Source of the DNA: Candidatus Latescibacterota bacterium
GTDB taxonomy: Bacteria > Latescibacterota > UBA2968 > GCA-2709665
Direction of reading: 5' to 3'
DNA: 64,000 nt
Assembly (NCBI GenBank): GCA_965226795.1
Contig: CBDDDZ010000005.1
Coordinates: 1,504,001 to 1,568,000, forward strand
Made by a program: the position numbers and the translations under genes. Under the pieces are notes generated by a model. It searched no databases, was not told where the DNA came from, and saw only the letters and a program-made list of their open reading frames with translations. This document shows, piece by piece, positions 1 to 10,480 of this stretch. The stretch's first letter is position 1, and each line of letters starts with the position of its first letter.

Positions 1-2
1 CT

Positions 3-1109
3 GGTTTCTGGCCGGTTGTCATCGCGGCGACGGACGGCAGGGACACGACGGAACAGGCGTTCACCATCCGCGTCGTAAGACCCGGCGTTCTTCCCGCGAG
101 CCGACCGGACAGCGTTGCCTACGTTGGTGTAACGTGGCGGATGTATCTGGATATCAGCGACGGAATTCAGACCCAGATAGACGGTGGACCTGTTCTCGAA
201 GCCTCGGGCGAAACCCTGATGTGGCGCCCGCAGACGGGCGACGAAGGCCAACGGTTGATCACGGTTTCCATGAGTGGAAACGGTGTCGAAAGCCTGATCT
301 TGACATTCAGGATCACGGTCTGGCCTCGACCGCTGATCCGCGTCGATGAGATTCTGGTCGATCCGACCGCGGATGTAAACGGAGATGGAAATCTCGACCC
401 ATACGGAGACCAATTCATCGAATTGCTCAATGCCGCCGCTCACGGGGTGGATCTGGCCGGCTGGACGCTCGGTGACGACGACGGGGAACCGTTTACATTC
501 CCTCGAGGTACGATTTTGAAAGGTGGAGATCGATTGACCCTGTTCGGTGGTGGGCCGCACACGCGTGGGAATGGCCGGTTTTCCGCCGCCGGCAGGATCG
601 GGAACGGGCTGGCTGCCTCAGATCGGATCCTATTAATCGCACCGGGCGGACCGGACACGCTGGTCGATGTGCAATACGCCAACGGACAGGTTGGCGCGTC
701 TTTGGTGCCCGACCCGGAAAAACCGGGGGATTGGCTGCCTCACAACCAGGTTTCGAATCTGCCGTTTTCGCCGGGAATGGCGACACCTGTAGCGGATACC
801 GCATTACCTGACTCCTTGGAAAACTCTGCGAATGATCTTGAAGGCTATCCGGTTCACCCGTTTCCAAACCCATTCAATTTGCACACGACCATCGGGTTTC
901 GAAGCACCGGCGATCCGGCGGAATTTACGGTTTACAACATTCTCGGACAACCCGTACGCCGGTTTTCGGTTACAACGGGTGCGGGTTTTCATCAATTGGT
1001 GTGGGACGGACGCGACAATCTGGGGCGATCGGTGGGAACGGGCGTATATCTCATTCGTATTCGAATCGGATTTCGCGTCCGCACGATGCGAGTGGTTCTG
1101 GTAAGATGA
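3..1109 (+). CDS. 5'-truncated secreted protein: Ig-like region, lamin-tail domain and C-terminal FlgD-Ig/T9SS type A-like sorting domain
   Basis: The frame is open from base 3 (GFWPVVIAATDGRDTTEQAFTIRV...). LTD-like motifs 'EILVDP..DVNGDG..DQFIELLN..DLAGWTLGD'. C-terminal 'PNPFN..TIGF..VYNILGQPVR..WDGRDNLGRSVGTGVYLIRI'. Confidence 0.8.
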   Translation, partial: GFWPVVIAATDGRDTTEQAFTIRVVRPGVLPASRPDSVAYVGVTWRMYLDISDGIQTQIDGGPVLEASGETLMWRPQTGDEGQRLITVSMSGNGVESLILTFRITVWPRPLIRVDEILVDPTADVNGDGNLDPYGDQFIELLNAAAHGVDLAGWTLGDDDGEPFTFPRGTILKGGDRLTLFGGGPHTRGNGRFSAAGRIGNGLAASDRILLIAPGGPDTLVDVQYANGQVGASLVPDPEKPGDWLPHNQVSNLPFSPGMATPVADTALPDSLENSANDLEGYPVHPFPNPFNLHTTIGFRSTGDPAEFTVYNILGQPVRRFSVTTGAGFHQLVWDGRDNLGRSVGTGVYLIRIRIGFRVRTMRVVLVR

Positions 1110-1293
1110 CCTCGGGAAAGACCATCCGCAGCCGTCCAGGTCCAAAGATAATATGCCGCAGGTACCGGCGAGCTGAAAGCCCCGAATGAATGTGACAGGC
1201 TGCCTTCGTGCAGATGTGGAGAGATAATGCCGTTCATCGTCCGCAACATCATTGCGGCCGGAATGAAAAAAACGAGGAAAGGGGGTGGAATTC

Positions 1294-1554
1294 ATGGCAC
1301 AGCCCGAGATTACGTTCAGACACGGTTCCTGCAGCGCTTCCGTATTCGAGAACGAATATAACCGCGGCAAGGATAGTTTCAACGTCCGTACCGTTTCGTT
1401 TCAGAGAAGCTACCGGGACAAGCAAGGCGAGTGGCAGCGATCCAGCAGCCTGCGGGTGAACGATATCCCGAAGGCGATTCTGGTACTCAACAAGGCCTAC
1501 GAGTACTTGACCTCCAACGGTCACGCCGAAGCCGAAGAAGAAACCGAAAGCTGA
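1294..1554 (+). CDS. small conserved hypothetical protein with acidic tail, possibly nucleic-acid binding
   Basis: Purine-rich RBS (gaggaaagggg) upstream of ATG 1294; protein-like sequence 'TVSFQRSYRDKQGEWQRSSSL..DIPKA'; followed by a terminator. Confidence 0.75.
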   Translation: MAQPEITFRHGSCSASVFENEYNRGKDSFNVRTVSFQRSYRDKQGEWQRSSSLRVNDIPKAILVLNKAYEYLTSNGHAEAEEETES

Positions 1555-1577
1555 GTCAAATTTCACAGCAGATTGCG

Positions 1578-1617
1578 AAGAGGGATAGCCGGCATTTTTT
1601 CCGGGTGTCCCTCTTTT
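1578..1617 (+). terminator. probable intrinsic terminator
   Basis: aagagggatagccgg-catttttt-ccgggtgtccctctt stem followed by a T-rich tract. Confidence 0.6.
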
Positions 1618-1713
1618 GTATTACAACTGTTCTATTGTTGTTTCAAAAACGATTTATTTGTATCTTCCGGTGAGGTTAAATTGAACGGGTTATCGGGAAT
1701 GCGGAGCGTTCTT

Positions 1714-2634
1714 ATGGAAGATGCGCCAATCGATGTTGAACAATCTCTGCGCCGGCTCACAGGCGAATTGAAGAATTTTCAGGAGATCGCCAGGCATATC
1801 AAACCGCCGTCGGGCGAAATTCCCGAGTTGGAAGGAATCGACATCTACGGAGAAACCATTCCATTGGACGGAATGATCGGCGGCGATCATATAATATACG
1901 TCGATTTCAAAAAGCGGTACGATCTGGAGGCGCGTATACTGAAGGCGGAGAAAGAAGGCCGCCGCAGAGTAGCCGAAAACCTCAGGAGATGCCAGCGGAT
2001 GGCCGGAATCGCCCTCGTGGATGTGTCTGGTCACCAGATTACGGACGCGATGCTGGCCGGTATGCTGCACGAGGCATTCTTGCTCGGCGCCATCTATGAA
2101 CTGGATCAGTTCGGCACGATTACCGAGAAACTTTTCGAGAATTTGAATACCCGGATTTACAATTCTTCCAGCGTCAGCAAATTCCTGACGATGATATATG
2201 GTGAAATCAGCGAAGACGACACATTCAAGTTCCTCTCTGCCGCCCACCCCATGCCGATCGTGTTTTCCAATACGCAGGACCGGATAATGGACATAAGCGA
2301 GGATCTGTTTGTAAATTTCCCACCCATCGGTACCTTACCCTCACAGGAGGATATCGACCGACAGGCGATCCAGAGCGTGCTGGGCTTCAAGGAAAAATAC
2401 GAGATCAATGAGTGGTCGCTGATGGGGCCGGGCGACATTCTGTTGCTGTATACGGACGGGCTGACGGACCACCGCCGGGACGACGACGATTATTTCCCCG
2501 ATCGGCTCGAGAGTGCGCTGCGCCGGGCCAAAGGGCAGCCGGCCCAGGGGATTTTCGAGGCCGTAAAGGTGGATCTGCTCGACTTCGCCCAACCCATGGA
2601 CGATATCAGTCTTGTCGTTATAAAGAGGACTTAA
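1714..2634 (+). CDS. PP2C/SpoIIE-family Ser/Thr phosphatase (RsbU-like), stand-alone
   Basis: Motifs GGD, 'LVDVSGH', 'LYTDGL' and 'DDISLVVI'. Start codon uncertain. Confidence 0.85.
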   Translation: MEDAPIDVEQSLRRLTGELKNFQEIARHIKPPSGEIPELEGIDIYGETIPLDGMIGGDHIIYVDFKKRYDLEARILKAEKEGRRRVAENLRRCQRMAGIALVDVSGHQITDAMLAGMLHEAFLLGAIYELDQFGTITEKLFENLNTRIYNSSSVSKFLTMIYGEISEDDTFKFLSAAHPMPIVFSNTQDRIMDISEDLFVNFPPIGTLPSQEDIDRQAIQSVLGFKEKYEINEWSLMGPGDILLLYTDGLTDHRRDDDDYFPDRLESALRRAKGQPAQGIFEAVKVDLLDFAQPMDDISLVVIKRT

Positions 2635-2712
2635 AGGTATACGCACTGGACGCTGGCGGTTGAAAAGCTGGCCTCTATCCGAACTAGACGTCATTTCGCA
2701 GGAGGCAAGACC

Positions 2713-4122
2713 ATGAAGATGTTTGTCAATTCCCGCTGGATGGACAAAGACGAGAAAATCGAGGTACTGAACCCGTACGATGGCTCGGTAGTCGATACTG
2801 TACCCCGTGCCGACGGAAGGGACGTGCAGGCCGCCCTGGCGACAGCGGCCAGGGGCGCTGAGGTGATGGCGGCGATGCCGGCCCACGAACGATACCGCAT
2901 TCTGCATCGAGCCGCGGAGTTGATGGCGGAGCGCCAGGAGGATTTCGGGCAGACCATTTCAGCCGAAGAGGGGAAGGTCATTTCCGAGGGACGCGGGGAG
3001 GCTGCTCGAGCCGTTGATACGATGACGCTTTCGGCCGAAGAGGCGAAACGGCTTTATGGAGAAACTATCCCGCTGGACGGCGCAACCGGTGCCGAGGGCA
3101 AGTTCGGATTTACCGTTCGGGTGCCCTGTGGCGTTGTAGTTGCGATTACGCCCTTTAATTTTCCACTGAATCTGGTCTGTCACAAGGTAGGACCTGCTCT
3201 GGCGGCTGGAAATTCGGTTATCGTAAAGCCGGCCACAGACACGCCACTTTCCGCTATGAAATTGGTGGAGGTGCTTCTCGATGCGGGTGCACCGGCCGAA
3301 GCCGTGCAGTGCATCACGGGGCCGGGGCGCGAAATCGGAAACATGCTGTCGTCTGATTCAAGGGTGCGCAAGATCTCCTTCACGGGCAGCAGGGATGTGG
3401 GTGAACAAATTTGCAGAACAGCGGGGCTGAAAAAGGTAACAATGGAACTGGGGTCCAATTCTCCGTTAATTGTGATGCCCGATGCCGATCTGGAAAAAGT
3501 GGCTGCAGCTACGACCGCGACAGGGTTTGCAAATGCCGGGCAGGTTTGCATTTCGGCGCAACGTGTCATGGTGAACAAGGACGTGTATGAGGACTTCATT
3601 GACGTGCTCAAGCCTCAGGTGGAGGCCCTGAAAACCGGCAACCAACTGGATGAATCGGTGTCCATGGGCCCGATGATTCGCGAATCAGATGCGGAGCGGG
3701 TAAGCGCCTGGATACAGGAGGCGAGAGAGGGCGGCGCAAGGGTAATCGTGGGGGGTGAGCGGAAGGGAACATTACACGCACCGACGGTGGTGGCTGATGT
3801 CGATCCCAAGATGCGGATTTCGTGTGACGAACTCTTTGGTCCGGCAGTTGGATTGACCCGATTCGAAACAATCGATGAGGCCATTGCTTCGGCCAACGAC
3901 ACCAATTACGGTTTGTCAGCCGCGTTGTTCACCGAGAATCTGGACCACGCGATGCAATTCGTAAACAGGGTGCAGTCGGGCAATATTATGATTAATTGGG
4001 GTCCTCAATGGCGGGCAGACCTGATGCCTTACGGTGGACTGAAAGAAAGTGGGATGGGCAAGGAAGGGCCCAAATACGCGGTGGAGGAGATGACAGAGTT
4101 GAAGATGGTGGTTTTTCATTAG
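2713..4122 (+). CDS. aldehyde dehydrogenase family protein
   Basis: ITPFNFP, FTGS, MELGSN, GQVC(Cys), ELFGP, PYGGLKESG motifs; GGAGG RBS. Confidence 0.95.
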   Translation: MKMFVNSRWMDKDEKIEVLNPYDGSVVDTVPRADGRDVQAALATAARGAEVMAAMPAHERYRILHRAAELMAERQEDFGQTISAEEGKVISEGRGEAARAVDTMTLSAEEAKRLYGETIPLDGATGAEGKFGFTVRVPCGVVVAITPFNFPLNLVCHKVGPALAAGNSVIVKPATDTPLSAMKLVEVLLDAGAPAEAVQCITGPGREIGNMLSSDSRVRKISFTGSRDVGEQICRTAGLKKVTMELGSNSPLIVMPDADLEKVAAATTATGFANAGQVCISAQRVMVNKDVYEDFIDVLKPQVEALKTGNQLDESVSMGPMIRESDAERVSAWIQEAREGGARVIVGGERKGTLHAPTVVADVDPKMRISCDELFGPAVGLTRFETIDEAIASANDTNYGLSAALFTENLDHAMQFVNRVQSGNIMINWGPQWRADLMPYGGLKESGMGKEGPKYAVEEMTELKMVVFH

Positions 4123-4297
4123 GCACGAAGGGCGGGAACCCGCCGCACGAGGCGGATGGCGATGTCGCGGCCCCGTAAAGCACGCACCGCGAGTGACTCG
4201 CGATTGGTGCCCGCATTAAACGCGAAGGGCCGGTGTCCAGGGCCGACCCGGGCATGAAATTCGCGATTTCCTGATTCCTATCGTGGTATTGCGCATA

Positions 4298-4337
4298 AGC
4301 AAAAGCGGAGTGTCGTCGTTGGCACTCCGCTTTTGCT
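4298..4337. terminator. bidirectional intrinsic terminator between convergent genes
   Basis: Perfect 15-bp inverted repeat agcaaaagcggagtg...cactccgcttttgct with A/T tracts on both arms. Confidence 0.85.
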
Positions 4338-4436
4338 GTAAACCGTAGGATTTTTGAGGTTGGGATTCTACCACCTTTCTCGTCGAGTGGACCCCGTGGG
4401 CGACCGTACGCATTCCCGTTCCAGGCGCAGGTTTCT

Positions 4437-4766
4437 TTACTCATTTAGCAGTTCGGAATCGTTCTGATCGGTTGGATCGAGTGGCTGGTGAAGTGCTTTC
4501 TTTATGAGCACACCGGCTTTAAAGTAGCTTTTCTTCCGTGCGGGCACATAGACGATTTCTCCTGTCCGGGGGTTCCGTGCGGCAGGCTTGGGCTTGGTGT
4601 TTTTTACGCCCAATACGCCAAAGCCACGAATCTCAATTCGGTCGCCGGAAATCAGGCTCTCACGCATAGCCTCGAAAAGCGTGTCGACAACCTCGTAGGC
4701 GAGTTGCTTTTTGACGCCCAGGCGTTCAGAGATTTCGAGCGCCAGGTCCTTCTTGGTTGTTGTCAT
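4437..4766 (-). CDS. HU/integration host factor family DNA-binding protein
   Basis: 'TKKDLA..IS', 'RIEIRGFG', 'ARNPRTGE..VPA..FKAG'; GGAGGA RBS before the ATG at 4766. Confidence 0.93.
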   Translation of the reverse strand: MTTTKKDLALEISERLGVKKQLAYEVVDTLFEAMRESLISGDRIEIRGFGVLGVKNTKPKPAARNPRTGEIVYVPARKKSYFKAGVLIKKALHQPLDPTDQNDSELLNE

Positions 4767-5383
4767 TTTCTCCTCCCGTTTGGCTTGCTCGCTTGAGCCG
4801 AAACATAATATAGATCCAAAGTGTCGATTGCCGCAAGAAAAAATTTTACTAGAAGTTACACGAATTTTATCCAATCGGGATCTGGGATTCAAAGTCTGGA
4901 TCTTCTTGTAAATAATTGTTTTTAATATACTTGAAAGTCATTTTTCGTATTTTGTTGAATTTTAGACACTTACACGGATTGTCCCTTTGTGGATTCTCTG
5001 CCGGGGGCGCCACGCGGACACGGATTCCGGCCTAGGCCGCTACACGATGCGACCATCCGCAGACGGATTTTCCTGCGAATCTGGAGGCCGATGACCGCCC
5101 GGGGATTGCCTGGGCAACACCGTTTCGGCGAGTCCGATTTCAAATGGAAGGATTTATGGGAATGTGCATGTACACTAACGGAGTGGATCGACGACATATG
5201 GCGAACCGGGAAGCAGTCACTGCTGGAGCCGCGACTGCTCCGCCGGACCCGCCACGGGTGGGGAGGTGAATATCAGGCGATGGAACGGGATACGTTGGAG
5301 GATTTCAATGCCGTGACTTGAACCCATTCGTACCGAAGCGGGTTGTCGAGAGTGCGTCTGCAGGTTACGGTACGTACCGAAAC

Positions 5384-6598
5384 TCAATGGTGTCGTTGTT
5401 CGTGCAGGGCCTGTATGAGCCGGTCGACATGGTCAAATCCATTGCAAATGTGGGTAGATACCCGTATCCAGTGGGCGTCGCCGATTCTTTCCGTTGGCAC
5501 GGTGATCTGATAGCGCTCATACAGGTCGAGGTTTTCGAATCCCGTGAGGTGGAAAGCCGAGATTGAACCGGACATATCGGCCCTGGAGGGCGTGAGCAAC
5601 TCTGCCCCGCCTGCTGCCGCCATACCTTCCCGAAGATAGGCCGCCAGTGCCCGGCCTCTCTGCAGAATCCGATCTTTGCCAACCTGTTCCTGGAAATCGA
5701 CGGCTTCGCCTACGGCGGCAAAAGCGGCCTGATCACGGGTGCCCCAATTTTCGATACCCCACATAAACGGACGGTCGTTGATCCGCAGCATTCCTTCCCC
5801 ACCCCGTTTTGCGCCATCGCGGCTGTATCCCCAACTTACAATGACATGATCCAGCTGCTCTTGCACGTTTGGCGACGCGTAAAGGAAACCCGTACCCTTG
5901 GGCGCGCAGAGCCACTTGTGGCAATTGCCGCCGTAAAAGTCGCAGCTAAGGGCGTCCAGGTCCAGAGGGATCATGCCAGGGGCGTGTGCGCCGTCGACTG
6001 CAATCATCGCACCATGGTTGTGAGCGAGCCGGGCGAGCGCTCCGACTGGCGCAATCAAACCGGTGCGGGTGATGATATGACTGCAAAGGACCAGCCGAGT
6101 GCGACCCGTAAACTCGCTTTCAAACGCGGCCAGAATGGCTTCAGGATCGTCCGTCGCCAGGGGAAAGCGGGCGCGCTTCACCACAACCCCGTGCCGTCGT
6201 TCCGCCAGATGAAGGCAATGATCGATTGCGCCGTATTCATGGTCCGAGGCCAGGATTTCATCACCGGGACTCCAGGCCAGACCGTGCACCACCATATTGA
6301 TGGCTACGGTGACGTTGCAGGTGAATGCGATGTCCTCAGGTGGCGCGTTGATAAAAATGCCCAACCGGCGGCGGCCCTCGTCCACGGCGCCTGAATACCT
6401 CGCTCGATTCCGGATCGCGCTGCGTTCAACATCCTTCATTATTGCAGTCATTTTCTCGAATACCTGTGTGGGCTGCGCGCCTACGGATCCGGTGTTGAGG
6501 TAGACCTCATCGTCGGCGATCATGTATGCTTTTCGAATCGTCTGCCAATAGGCTTCCTCCTCTGCGGAAGTCGGCCAGGACACGTCAAGAAAGGTCAC
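5384..6598 (-). CDS. class V PLP aminotransferase (isopenicillin N epimerase/cysteine lyase-like)
   Basis: YLNTGSVG, DHEYGA, VDGAHAPG, NCHKWLCAPKGTG (PLP lysine), RVSTH; AGGAGGT RBS. Confidence 0.9.
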   Translation of the reverse strand: MTFLDVSWPTSAEEEAYWQTIRKAYMIADDEVYLNTGSVGAQPTQVFEKMTAIMKDVERSAIRNRARYSGAVDEGRRRLGIFINAPPEDIAFTCNVTVAINMVVHGLAWSPGDEILASDHEYGAIDHCLHLAERRHGVVVKRARFPLATDDPEAILAAFESEFTGRTRLVLCSHIITRTGLIAPVGALARLAHNHGAMIAVDGAHAPGMIPLDLDALSCDFYGGNCHKWLCAPKGTGFLYASPNVQEQLDHVIVSWGYSRDGAKRGGEGMLRINDRPFMWGIENWGTRDQAAFAAVGEAVDFQEQVGKDRILQRGRALAAYLREGMAAAGGAELLTPSRADMSGSISAFHLTGFENLDLYERYQITVPTERIGDAHWIRVSTHICNGFDHVDRLIQALHEQRHH

Positions 6599-6650
6599 GG
6601 ATACCTCCTGGAACGATGGCGAATGAGAATGAGCGGCTATGGCCAGTTAA

Positions 6651-6884
6651 TGTTCTGTCCTGGAAATAGATCGCCGAAATTCGGCCGTCGAGTCGCCCGG
6701 GTCGCAAAGCGCCTGGCTGAGACTGCCTGCGGAAGGTCGGCGAGCGGGTTTCGACAAGCTCGACGCAGGCAACGAACCCACTTCGACAAGTTTGCTTCGA
6801 CAGGCTCAGCACAGGCAGTGCAAGCAACGCAGCGACGCGGAATGAACCGGCGGATGAATGGCGACATATTTCCGGGACGGGATA
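6651..6884. repeat. ~230 bp non-coding inverted-repeat element (MITE/REPIN-like) with internal TTCGACA(A/G)G repeats
   Basis: gtcctggaaatagatcgcc (6657-6675) pairs with ggcgacatatttccgggac (6860-6878) at 16/19 and extends with G-U pairs; three TTCGACARG copies at about 6750, 6782 and 6796. Confidence 0.6.
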
Positions 6885-7199
6885 CTGGGGCCGCGATGAA
6901 GGGTGGCGTACTGGCTGACGCATAATTGTAAATTCCGGATCACCCGTTTACAAGCCTTTTGTGAGTGAAACAGGGACTTTCCAACGGAATGCGGGGAGCA
7001 GCGCCGGATCCAGTCGAGTCTTCCGAGCTTGCATCCGTGCCTTGACCGTCAACTATCCCTTGGACACATTGCAGCCGGCGCCACGAAAGTTGGCGTCAGA
7101 TCACGGTGTGGGATGGACATGCCCTGGCCGGGTTCCGTCCATAAATCGTTCGTTAAACTGGTTCGCACGGAATTTCAGCGCCATCCGGAGGAGGTTGCG

Positions 7200-8409
7200 G
7201 TGTCGAAGCGTCTGTCGAAGAACACTACTATGGGTCAACTGCACACGCAAGCCCGACAGCTTCTGGACGATATCAGAAGTGGAGATCCGTCCACGTGTAA
7301 GCGGATCGTTCGTCATCCGCACTATCTCTACAGGAATCTGAGCCCGAATGAGGTCAAAGGACTCGTGTTTACGCTGAGCGACGTCCGGCTCATCGTTGCC
7401 CGGGAATACAGGCACAAGACCTGGACAAATCTCGAGGAAACCGTCCGAAAGGTTCGACAACTGGAAACATCGTCCGTTCAGGAGGCGATTCTGCAGGATC
7501 GAATGGATGACCTCAGGACTACGCTTGTCGGCCATCGAAACCTGGTTCACGAACCCCTCTATTGGCTCACGCGCTGGAACCGGATTCCGACCGGTTCCCT
7601 ACTTTCGTTTGCACGTGAGAACGGATCGATCGCGTCGATGCAGGCGGTGGTTGAAGCTGGCGCGGATCCGACCGAGTTTCAGGATCAATTCTTCGGACTC
7701 TGTGAGAATCTGAATCTGGACGGAATGCGGCGTATGGTCGCTATTGGTCTGGATCCGAATCGGGCTGTCAATGATGGATGGAACTGTGATGTGCTCCATG
7801 GGTGCCTTCAGACGTACACCCGAAAGTCCGCCGATCATCTGCACGCCTGTATCAATCTGTTGATCGACGCAGGCGAGCGATTCGAAGATGGACCGGTGTG
7901 GGATCTGTTTCGGGCAAGAGGGACCGACTGGAACTGAGCACTGGCGAACGACAGGCATCTCGTGTATGAGAAATACGATTTCGACTATGGTAACCATCTG
8001 TCTCTCAGAGGGTCCACGCTCTTGCACCTGGCGGCGGAATACAACCTGTTCTGGGCGGTGGATCTCCTTCTCTATTATGGCGCTGACCTCGATGCCCGTG
8101 TCGATATTTGTGCTGACGGCGTGGGCGGGCATACTCCCATATATCATACGATTGCATCCAACGGGGAAGCATGTTTCGCCCTGTTCGAGTATCTCTTGAG
8201 CAAGGAACCCTACCTGAACGTGAAGGCATTCATTCAGGTGGACACGCAGCGGGGTGACTCACTCGCTTAGAAGCGGCGTGGTCCCTGTGTACGTAGGCAT
8301 CAGAGAGGTAACACCAATGGGGTACGCGCTTTGGTACGAGAAGGAACCGACCTACCGGAACGCACCTCGGGAAGTCAAACTGCTCAGGGACATCGGTGCG
8401 CCCGAGTGA
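7200..8409 (+). pseudogene. ankyrin-repeat protein pseudogene
   Basis: GGAGGAGG RBS and GTG 7200; N-terminal 'QARQLL..FTLSDVRLIVAREY..TW..L' module; ankyrin 'TLLHLAAEY..LLLYYGADLDA..GHTPIYH'; in-frame TGA 7935-7937; the C-terminus 'TPMGYA..EVKLLRDIGAPE*' is in another frame. Confidence 0.75.
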
Positions 8410-8651
8410 GAGCTTTTCATCGCCGACCTTCGTGTTTGTCCCATTCCGTGCCCCCCTCGGCATTGCAGGTGACGTGCATCGAGAGAGGTGCTTCCGGACA
8501 CGGTCTCCTCGCGCCGGTGAGTTTCTTGCGGCGAATTCCGTCCTGGCATCCGGCGGTGCTGGTTGAAATGCGACCTGCCGGACCGCACCGCGTTGAAGTC
8601 ATGGCGCGATATTTCGCGTGAGGTCGCCGGTTTTGGCCCTCGGTACCCGTC

Positions 8652-8680
8652 TTGACAGGGTGATTTATCTTGTCTATATT
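8652..8680 (+). promoter_or_regulatory. sigma70-type promoter of the fdh operon
   Basis: TTGACA-17 nt-TATATT about 85 nt upstream of the NuoEF-like start. Confidence 0.7.
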
Positions 8681-8763
8681 AAAATGCTTAGTACAACAAC
8701 GACGTGTTCCACCTGGAGGGGGGCAGGTTAGTTTCTGATCCACACGCATGGCGGGAGTGTGCA

Positions 8764-10425
8764 ATGGCGGGCCCTTCGGACGATGAACTGGTTCGACGCT
8801 GGAAAGACGAACCCGCACCGGTGCTGCCGTTGTTGCACGCGTTCCACGAACGGGATGGATATATCACTGATGAAGCCCTCCGGTCCATCTCGGTGGGCTT
8901 GAAAACACCGCTTGCAGATCTGTTTGGCACCGTAACGTTCTACCATCACCTTTCTCGCGAGCCCGGAGGCCTGAATAAATTCCGGGTGTGTACCGGCCCG
9001 ATATGCGCGCTTCGGGGCGCACAGGAATTGTGCGATGCCCTGAACGGCGTCCCAATGGCATGCGCGGGCAGGTGTGACGAACCGGTACCGGTAATTCAGA
9101 GCCATCGCGTACTCGTAGGCACGAATGCACAGTGCCTACAGGAAGTACCAACGCCACCGCCCGCGCTAAATCCAGACAACCTGGAGGAGTGTGTCTTCCG
9201 TCACATTCGCGCGCCGAACCGCGCGACCCTCGAAGGATATCGCGCGACCCACGGGTACGAAGGGTTGGAAAGAGCCACAATTAAAATGCGGCCCGTGGAG
9301 GTTATGGAACGGGTTACAGAGAGCGGGTTGACCGGCCGAGGCGGTGCCGGCTTCCCCACAGGTGCAAAATGGAAGGCGGTTGCAGAGGCCACCGGCGATC
9401 CGAAAACGGTTGTCTGCAACGCCGATGAGGGAGAACCGGGCTGCTTCAAGGATCGAGCCTTGATGGACTACGATCCGCACGCGGTGCTGGAGGGTATGGC
9501 CATCGCCGCGTTCGCAACGGGCGCCACACGAGGGTTCATTTATCTACGGTACGAATACCCGCAGACGCTGAGCATTCTGGAAAACGCCATTGAAGAAGCG
9601 GAGGCGGCCGGATTGCTTGGCGAAGGCATTATGGGGACGGACTTCGACTTTCGAATACATATTCGGCGCGGCGGAGGGGCGTATGTGTGCGGAGAAGAGG
9701 GGTCATTGCTGAACAGCCTGGAGGGCAGGCATCCGTTTCCCAGAAACCGACCGCCGTATCCCGTTACCCACGGATTTGAGGATCTGCCCACGGCGGTAAA
9801 CAATGTTGAAACGCTGGTTGCCGTACCCCAGATCCTCCGAAAGGGTGCGGACTGGTACCGGGATCTTGGGCTGAACGGTCAACCCGGCACCAAAGTAATC
9901 AGTGTGTCCGGCGATATCGCAAGGCCGGGGAATTACGAGGTCCCGTTCGGCTTGCGACTGAAAACACTGCTTTACGATTGGGGCGGCGGCCCCCTCGAGG
10001 GCCGGAACATCCAGGCGGTGACGATGGCGGGGTTGTCCGGCGGCTTTGTAGCGGGCGACGCATTCGAAGCCACTCTCGACGAACCCAGCCTCCGCAGCTA
10101 CGGCTCTTTTCTGGGCGCCGGGGGCATCATCGTATTTGACGATACCCGGGATATGGTTGAAGTTGCCCACGGCGCAATGGCCTTTTTTGCGGACGAGTCA
10201 TGCGGCAAGTGTTTTCCGTGCCGAATCGGCACGCGCCGGTTGGCCGAGAGGCTTAACGGCGCTGTCGGACCCGGTCAGGTCGGACCATGGCGGGCGGAGG
10301 TTCATGATATCGGCCAGACAATGATGGCGACCAGCGCGTGCGGCCTGGGCACGGCGGCGCCTCTGGTGACCGAGAGCCTGATGAAGTATTTTCCGAATCA
10401 GGTCGAAAGGCACGTCGAACGGTAA
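8764..10425 (+). CDS. NuoE-NuoF fused diaphorase subunit of NAD-dependent formate dehydrogenase
   Basis: N-terminal 2Fe-2S 'VCTGPIC..CAGRC'; GRGGAGFPTG, CNADEGEPG, YVCGEE and C-terminal CGKCFPC..C; GGGAG RBS. Confidence 0.9.
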   Translation: MAGPSDDELVRRWKDEPAPVLPLLHAFHERDGYITDEALRSISVGLKTPLADLFGTVTFYHHLSREPGGLNKFRVCTGPICALRGAQELCDALNGVPMACAGRCDEPVPVIQSHRVLVGTNAQCLQEVPTPPPALNPDNLEECVFRHIRAPNRATLEGYRATHGYEGLERATIKMRPVEVMERVTESGLTGRGGAGFPTGAKWKAVAEATGDPKTVVCNADEGEPGCFKDRALMDYDPHAVLEGMAIAAFATGATRGFIYLRYEYPQTLSILENAIEEAEAAGLLGEGIMGTDFDFRIHIRRGGGAYVCGEEGSLLNSLEGRHPFPRNRPPYPVTHGFEDLPTAVNNVETLVAVPQILRKGADWYRDLGLNGQPGTKVISVSGDIARPGNYEVPFGLRLKTLLYDWGGGPLEGRNIQAVTMAGLSGGFVAGDAFEATLDEPSLRSYGSFLGAGGIIVFDDTRDMVEVAHGAMAFFADESCGKCFPCRIGTRRLAERLNGAVGPGQVGPWRAEVHDIGQTMMATSACGLGTAAPLVTESLMKYFPNQVERHVER

Positions 10426-10480
10426 AGATCCGCGCCGGTGTGCGTGAGTCCCACTGACCCTATCTGGAAGGCGGGAAGTG

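Noticed and set aside
4989..5321. 110-aa ORF between HU and the aminotransferase
   Set aside because: No recognisable motif or clear RBS; it may be a decayed fragment.
7935..7937. In-frame TGA in the ankyrin gene as a second selenocysteine
   Set aside because: No SECIS-like hairpin and not a Cys-type position. Two compensating indels (original about FRGKRDRLELALAND) explain it better, and the gene has another frameshift.
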